Source of the DNA: Myxococcota bacterium | GTDB lineage: Bacteria > Myxococcota_A > UBA796 > CAJQPC01 | Length of the DNA: 64,000 nucleotides | Direction of reading: 5' to 3' | Assembly: GCA_036012755.1 (NCBI GenBank) | Contig: DASCPX010000071.1 | Location: 32,001-96,000, forward strand | Shown: positions 58,705 to 64,000 of the stretch, piece after piece | Numbering within the stretch: the first letter of the stretch is position 1 | Layout of the letters: every line of letters begins with the position of its first letter | The notes under the pieces: generated by a model | Told to the model about the DNA's origin: nothing | Databases searched by the model: none | The model's input: the letters and a program-made list of their open reading frames with translations, nothing else | Translations under genes and position numbers: made by a program

Positions 58705-60419
58705 AGGCGGTACACCGCGACGTCCTCTTGCCGGCTCGGAGCACCGAAGAGGCCATCGAGGATGGCGCGAACGTGCCGGCGCTTGTGCTTGGGGTAGAGG
58801 CGCTCGTGGACGACGATGTAGCGGTAGCCCTGGGCCTCCAGCATGTGGGCCCCGGCGACCATCTCGAGCTCCGGCAGGAGCCTCGGCAGCGAGCCCGCGC
58901 GCGAGGCCTCGACCTGCACGAGGATCTGGGTGAGCGGGTTCTCGTCGATGGCCTGCGGGATGGGGTCGTTCAGCCCATAGGGCGAGGGCAGGCCGTGGGC
59001 GGTCTGGTACCAGGTGTAGACCGCGCGCTCGAGGTTCGGCACCGTGATCGGGAGGTCGAGCACGGCGCCATCGCGGAGCTCGGCGTAGACGTCGGGGATC
59101 TGGGCGTCGCAGCGGGGTAGCGGCCACGGGGCGGGGCTCGCCAGCAGGATCTCACCGAGGACCAGCGCACCGGCCAGGCCAGCGGTGGCGGGCCGCGCCA
59201 CGGGCAGCCGGCGCATCAAGGCGCGGGTCCCGTAGCCTGCGAGCATCGCGAGCCCGATGGTCGCCGGCACGACGAAGCGGAAGGGGTGGGAGATGCGCTC
59301 GAACAGCGGGAAGGCCCGGAAGAAGATCAGGAAGGGCAGCGGGATGCGCTCGCCCCGCCAGACCACGTATTCCCCTCCGACGTTGAGGTAGGGCCCCAGC
59401 GCGAAGACAGCGAAGAGGACCGTGAACGCCACCCACAGGGACAGGTCCCGCCGCGGTCGGTGGCGCCAGAGGGCGTAGGCCGCGAGCGCAATCGCCACCC
59501 AGCCCAGGTAGATCACGATGAGGAGGTCCTCGCCGTAGAGGGCCTTGAGGTCGGGGGAATAGTGCTGCCCGGGACGGAAGAAGCTGACGAAGTCCGAGAT
59601 GTTGTGGTTGATCAGCGACTCCCACACGAAGGTGGGGTCGCGACTGACCATGGCGTCCTCTGCGTCGATCGAGCTCTGCAGGGTCTGCAGCACCGGGAGC
59701 ACGAGCACGGAGTAGAGGATCGCACCGGCCACCGTGAAGGCCACGAAGCGCCACCAGATCACACGCTTGGGCTCGGAGATCGCGCGGTGCAGCACGACGA
59801 CGACCATGCAGAGCAGCGCGAAGAGCCCGTAGTAGAAGTTCGAGATCGAGCAGACGGCGAGACAGACCCCGAGCAGGGCACCGCGCTTCCACCCGGGACG
59901 GTCCATCAGGCGCAACAGGGCGTAGATGGCCAGCGGGATCCAGCCCGCGTTCACCGTCTCGGTGATGCCGTTGTAGGTCTGGCCGAGGAGGTGGGCGGAG
60001 GACGCGAAGACGACCGCCGGGACCCAGGCCGCCCAGCGATCACGCAGGAGATACCTGGCCAGTATCCAGGTGCCGAAGGCGTTCCAGAAGAAGCCGAACA
60101 ACACGACCAGGTTGTAGGCGAGCGGCACGCCTCCGAGCAGCGCAAAGGGCAGGGACCACAGGGCGTTGAAGGTGTCGATGAAGAAGAGACTGCCCCCGTC
60201 GGGGTAGTTCAGGAGCCTCGTGTGGACCGGGAGGCTCCCCTCCTGCACGATGCTGTCGAGGATCCACCAGTAGCCCCAGGCGTGGTTCCAGGTGTCGTTC
60301 CCCGGGTGGCCGACCATCGAACCCCCGAGGTCGAGCACCACGGGCCATGTCAGGAGCACCGCGAGGCCGAAGGCGACGCCCAGTGCGATCAAGATCTCGC
60401 GGCGTTGTCCGGCGGTCAT
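58701..60419 (-). CDS. Polytopic membrane protein, putative GT-C-type glycosyltransferase (paralog of 56452-58704)
   Basis: LTWP, DTWNHAWGYWW, NYPDGG, NFYYG, HPFRF, PDVYAEL..VLDLP, WYQTAHG and YRYIVVH. Confidence 0.65.
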   Translation of the reverse strand: MTAGQRREILIALGVAFGLAVLLTWPVVLDLGGSMVGHPGNDTWNHAWGYWWILDSIVQEGSLPVHTRLLNYPDGGSLFFIDTFNALWSLPFALLGGVPLAYNLVVLFGFFWNAFGTWILARYLLRDRWAAWVPAVVFASSAHLLGQTYNGITETVNAGWIPLAIYALLRLMDRPGWKRGALLGVCLAVCSISNFYYGLFALLCMVVVVLHRAISEPKRVIWWRFVAFTVAGAILYSVLVLPVLQTLQSSIDAEDAMVSRDPTFVWESLINHNISDFVSFFRPGQHYSPDLKALYGEDLLIVIYLGWVAIALAAYALWRHRPRRDLSLWVAFTVLFAVFALGPYLNVGGEYVVWRGERIPLPFLIFFRAFPLFERISHPFRFVVPATIGLAMLAGYGTRALMRRLPVARPATAGLAGALVLGEILLASPAPWPLPRCDAQIPDVYAELRDGAVLDLPITVPNLERAVYTWYQTAHGLPSPYGLNDPIPQAIDENPLTQILVQVEASRAGSLPRLLPELEMVAGAHMLEAQGYRYIVVHERLYPKHKRRHVRAILDGLFGAPSRQEDVAVYRL

Positions 60420-60479
60420 CGAAGCGGGAGTCTACTCCGAGACGCCGCGTGGACCGACCGTGGCGCGGTATGAGGACCC

Positions 60480-61364
60480 ATGGGTGCCTCGGTCACCGGC
60501 CTCGTCTTCGACGTCCAGCGCTTCAGCGTGCACGACGGACCAGGGATTCGAACCACCGTGTTCTTCAAGGGCTGCCCTCTGCGCTGCGCGTGGTGCCAGA
60601 ACCCCGAGTCACTGCGCCCGAGGCCGGAGATCGCTGTCGACGAGCGGCTCTGTCGAGGGGCTGTGGAGTGCGCCTCGAGCTGTCCCTCGCAGGCACTCGA
60701 AGGGGGAGGACGCGACCTCGACCGCTCCCGCTGCGACGGCTGCGGGGACTGCGTGAGGGCATGCCCCCACGGCGCCCTCCGCCTCATGGGCAGAGTTGTC
60801 ACTGTCGCAGAGCTGCTCGAGGAGGTCGCGCGGGACCGACCCTTCTACGAGAGCTCCGGCGGCGGGATCACCCTCTCCGGGGGGGAACCCACGGCGCAAC
60901 CGGAGTTCGTCTCGGCCTTCGTCGAGGCCTGCCACGGCTCGGGGCTCGAGGTCGGGCTGCAGACCTGCGGCGCCTTCAGCTGGGATGCCTTGGCCCCCAC
61001 CCTGGACCGCTTCGCCTTCATCCACTTCGACCTGAAGGTGATCGACGACGGGGCGCACCGGCGCCTGACCAGCGCCAGCAACCGCGTGATCCTGGACAAC
61101 GCCAGGCGACTGGCCGCGGCGGAGGTGTCCCTGCACTTCCGCAGCCCGATGGTCCCCGGGCTCACCGACACCCCCGAGAACCTGGACGCGCTGGCGGGCT
61201 TCCTCGCCGAGGTCGGCGCGAGGCACATCCACCTCCTCGCTTACCATGACATGGGCGAAACTAAGCTCCCCCGCCTGGCTTTCCCGATCCCCCCCTGTCC
61301 CCTCGTCCCCCGGCGAACCTCCAGCAGGCGGCGGCTCGGCTGCGCGGGCGGGGAATCGAGGTGA
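60480..61364 (+). CDS. Glycyl-radical enzyme activating enzyme (radical SAM with ferredoxin insert); C-terminus probably frameshifted
   Basis: QRFSVHDGPGIRTTVFFKGCPLRCAWCQNPES, CDGCGDCVRACP, GGITLSGGEP and FDLK. Confidence 0.92.
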   Translation: MGASVTGLVFDVQRFSVHDGPGIRTTVFFKGCPLRCAWCQNPESLRPRPEIAVDERLCRGAVECASSCPSQALEGGGRDLDRSRCDGCGDCVRACPHGALRLMGRVVTVAELLEEVARDRPFYESSGGGITLSGGEPTAQPEFVSAFVEACHGSGLEVGLQTCGAFSWDALAPTLDRFAFIHFDLKVIDDGAHRRLTSASNRVILDNARRLAAAEVSLHFRSPMVPGLTDTPENLDALAGFLAEVGARHIHLLAYHDMGETKLPRLAFPIPPCPLVPRRTSSRRRLGCAGGESR

Positions 61365-61368
61365 GCAC

Positions 61369-61716
61369 ATGAGGGCAGAGGACCTGTCTCCCACCGAGCG
61401 CGTCCTCGCTCTGCACCGGCAGGTCCTGGAGACCTCCCACGCCCTCTGCGCCGAGCGGGCACTGCTGGTCACGCGCTACCACCGCCAGCGAGACAACCGA
61501 CGCCAGCCGGCCGTGCTCCGGAGCGCAGGCGCGCTGGCCTATGTGCTGCGGGGAAAGGCAGTCCGCATCTACCCGCAGGAGCTCCTGGTCGGCAACTTCA
61601 CCTCCCACCGGGTCGGCGGAGGCCTCTTCTCCGAGCTGCACGGGGTCGCGGTGCTCGAGGACCGACAGCGGCGCTGCTGTCGGCGGCGAGCCCTGAGACG
61701 ATGTCCGTCTTCCTGA
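61369..61716 (+). pseudogene. Truncated glycyl-radical enzyme (PFL-like) N-terminal fragment
   Basis: [24 protein letters not shown] and [12 protein letters not shown] match the GRE N-terminus. Similarity ends near 61660 and no Cys loop or Gly-radical domain follows. Confidence 0.8.
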
Positions 61717-62819
61717 CCGGCGCCACCGGCTACCTCGGCTCCTACCTGGCCACCGGACTGCTCCGGCGGCATCCAGAGCTCCGCCTGGAGCTGCTCGTCC
61801 GCGCGCAGGACCAGGGCGCCGGGAGGCAGCGCCTCTGGAAGGCCTGGCAGCTGCACATGCCCTTCGAGGAGTTCCGCGACGGCCTCGACAGGGTGAGCAT
61901 CCGCCTCGGTGATCTGACGAAGAGCGGGTTCGGGCTGGAGCCCGCCGGGCTGGAGTCCCTCGTCCACTCGATGGACTCGGTCATCCACTGCGCGGCCTCC
62001 CTCAATCGCAAGTCTGCGAAGGCCTGCTTCAACGTGAACCTGCGGGGCACGCTGGAGGTGATCAAGGCGGCGCGGGCCGCCCACGACCACCACGGATTGA
62101 GGCGTTTCAGCGATGTCTCGACGGTCGCGGTGGCCGGCAAGCGCAAGAGCGAGGGCGTCACGGAAGCCGACACCATCCAGTGGGACAGGAGCGACTACGA
62201 CCCCTACGCGCGCACCAAGAAGTTCTGCGAGCACATGCTGCACGAGCTCCTGCCCGACGTGAGCTCCACCGTCTTTCGGCCGGCGACGGTGCTGGGAGAC
62301 AGTCGCTTTCCGGAGACCACCCAGTTCGACATGGTGAAGGCCTTCGTGTGGCTCGCCCGCTCGCCGGTGCTCCCCTTCGATCCGAGCTGGCGCATGGACA
62401 TCGTCCCGGCGGACTACGTCGCCAAGGCGATCACGACGATCCACATGATGGAGCGCCCAGGCCACGACGCCTACAACCTCTCTTCGGGGACGTCGTCCCC
62501 GACCTTCCAGCAGATCACCGACGCCTTGAAGGCCGCCGGCATGGGCCGCGGGCCCCGCTTCGCGCGAGGGCTCGAAGGTCCGGCGTCGCTGGCCATCCGT
62601 GGGGTGTCCCACACACCGCGCCACTGGGGGGCTGCGCGGGCGGCCTCTCTGCTGAAGGTGTTCCTGCCCTACCTGACCTTCGACACGGTGTTCGACAACC
62701 AGCGCATCGTGACAGAGCTGGGCGAGGCCCCGGCGCGCTTCGAGAGCTACGCTCACGGGCTGATGCGCTTCGCCATGGACACCGACTTCACCTACCCCTA
62801 CCGGCCATGGCCAGCGTGA
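61701..62819 (+). CDS. Extended SDR oxidoreductase (fatty acyl-CoA reductase / thioester reductase-like)
   Basis: [15 protein letters not shown]...[35 protein letters not shown] and DIVPADYVA. Confidence 0.85.
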   Translation: MSVFLTGATGYLGSYLATGLLRRHPELRLELLVRAQDQGAGRQRLWKAWQLHMPFEEFRDGLDRVSIRLGDLTKSGFGLEPAGLESLVHSMDSVIHCAASLNRKSAKACFNVNLRGTLEVIKAARAAHDHHGLRRFSDVSTVAVAGKRKSEGVTEADTIQWDRSDYDPYARTKKFCEHMLHELLPDVSSTVFRPATVLGDSRFPETTQFDMVKAFVWLARSPVLPFDPSWRMDIVPADYVAKAITTIHMMERPGHDAYNLSSGTSSPTFQQITDALKAAGMGRGPRFARGLEGPASLAIRGVSHTPRHWGAARAASLLKVFLPYLTFDTVFDNQRIVTELGEAPARFESYAHGLMRFAMDTDFTYPYRPWPA

Positions 62820-64000
62820 TGCTCCTCGCGCAGCTGCTGGGCTGTCCTGCTCCGGAGTTCGTCGAGCCCGACCCCTGCACCTTCGACGAGCCGGCGGGCA
62901 CCGGCATCTTCCGCGTCGAGGAGCTCTGCGAGCGCTGGTGGTTCGTGCCCCCGCAGGGCGGCCGCTTCTGGTCTGCTGGGGTCAACGCGGCCACCCCCAC
63001 CGGCTCCTGGAACCAGGAGACCGGAGAGTACGCCTACGCCGAGACCGTCGCCCGGGACTACGGCAGCGACGAGGCCTGGGGAGAGGCCACCGAGCCTCGG
63101 CTCGAGGGCTGGGGCTTCAACACCGCTGGCTCCTGGAGCCGGTCGGACCTGCTGGAGATGCCGGCGACCATCAACCTGGGCCTCAGCGGCGGCGACTGGG
63201 AGACCGGCGATGTGGCTGACTGGTTCTCACCGGAGTGGGAGGCCAGCGTCCAGGCCAAGGTCGACGCCCAGGTGGCGCCTCGGGTCGGCGACGAGATGGT
63301 CGTGGGGTGGTTCCTCGACAACGAGATCCGATGGGGGACGGACTGGCGCGGGACAGCGACGCTGCTGCAGGAGTACCTGGGCCTGGAGGCCGGGGCGCCT
63401 GGAAAGTCTGTCGCCGTCGAGTTGCTCCTGGACGAACTCGGCTCCGTCGAGGCCTGCAACACGGCCCTGGGCACCGACTTCGGCGACCGCGACGCCATGC
63501 TCGCCGAGACGACCTGGGATGCCCTGGACGGAGGGAGCTCGGATGCGGAGGCGGAGCTGACGACAGCCTTCCTCGAGCTCGCGGCGGAGCGCTACTTCTC
63601 CTTCACGACCGAGACCATCCGCCAGGCCGACCCCGACCACCTCGTGCTGGGAAACCGGGAGGTCTCGGTGATGGTTCGAGCCGAGGTCTGGGAGGCCGCG
63701 GCGCGCCACGTCGACGTGCTCTCCTCGAACAACTACGTCTTCGTCGACGGCATCGCAGAGGCCGCCCTGAACATCAGCGGCGGCCTGGACCCCGCGGGCT
63801 TCCTGGAGGCCCAGCACGAGCTCACCGGCAAGCCGATCCTCATCACCGAGTTCGGCTTCCGCGCAGCCGACGCCGGACTGCCCAACAGCTGGCCGCCGAT
63901 CTACCCGACCCTGGAGAGCCAGGCCGACCGCGCTGATGCCTTCGAGGACTACGTGCAAGAGGCCCAGGCCACCCCCTGGATCGTCGGAGCCCACTGGTTC
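62807..64000 (+). CDS. GH50/agarase-like clan-A glycoside hydrolase lipoprotein, 3'-partial (absent from the ORF track)
   Basis: Hand translation gives [16 protein letters not shown]...[52 protein letters not shown] and IVGAHWF. Alternative ATG at 62819. Confidence 0.8.
   Translation, partial: MASVMLLAQLLGCPAPEFVEPDPCTFDEPAGTGIFRVEELCERWWFVPPQGGRFWSAGVNAATPTGSWNQETGEYAYAETVARDYGSDEAWGEATEPRLEGWGFNTAGSWSRSDLLEMPATINLGLSGGDWETGDVADWFSPEWEASVQAKVDAQVAPRVGDEMVVGWFLDNEIRWGTDWRGTATLLQEYLGLEAGAPGKSVAVELLLDELGSVEACNTALGTDFGDRDAMLAETTWDALDGGSSDAEAELTTAFLELAAERYFSFTTETIRQADPDHLVLGNREVSVMVRAEVWEAAARHVDVLSSNNYVFVDGIAEAALNISGGLDPAGFLEAQHELTGKPILITEFGFRAADAGLPNSWPPIYPTLESQADRADAFEDYVQEAQATPWIVGAHWF

Noticed and set aside
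61701..62819. SDR as the reductive release enzyme of the PKS
   Set aside because: It lies about 48 kb away with no linkage evidence.

Overview
High-GC, gene-dense bacterial DNA with about 41 genes. I saw no rRNA, tRNA, CRISPR array or mobile element. Many Asp/Cys-rich 'MopE-type' repeat lipoproteins, MYXO-CTERM-like tails, an OmpA/TSP3 protein and lpxD suggest a Gram-negative Myxococcota-like organism (inference). Housekeeping genes are pyrC, plsY, sfsA, lpxD, asnS and tldD/pmbA. Four things stand out. (1) A translationally coupled ~15 kb minus-strand operon (14589-29619), preceded by a CHASE2 sensor gene. It combines a giant CapB/PgsB-type poly-gamma-glutamate ligase fusion, a tandem CapC-CapC fusion, a Zn-hydrolase-like protein, a probable outer-membrane beta-barrel protein and an SGNH protein, and lacks CapA/CapD. 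It looks like a diderm, synthase-dependent polyglutamate export system. (2) A 3244-aa single-chain PKS/FAS (FabK-like, KS, AT, ACP, KS, 3xACP, KR, DH, PPTase) in which all four ACPs carry Thr instead of the phosphopantetheine-accepting Ser. (3) A HAL-family lyase with Ala-Ala-Gly in place of the MIO-forming Ala-Ser-Gly. (4) Across the window, very short uncharged signal peptides and TANNNT boxes 5-10 nt before start codons. Also present are a secreted Nma111/Deg7-like protease, a Tat-lipoprotein TldD, an unannotated Flp-like pilin and a decayed glycyl-radical enzyme locus. All assignments come from motif recognition by eye; no database searches were run.
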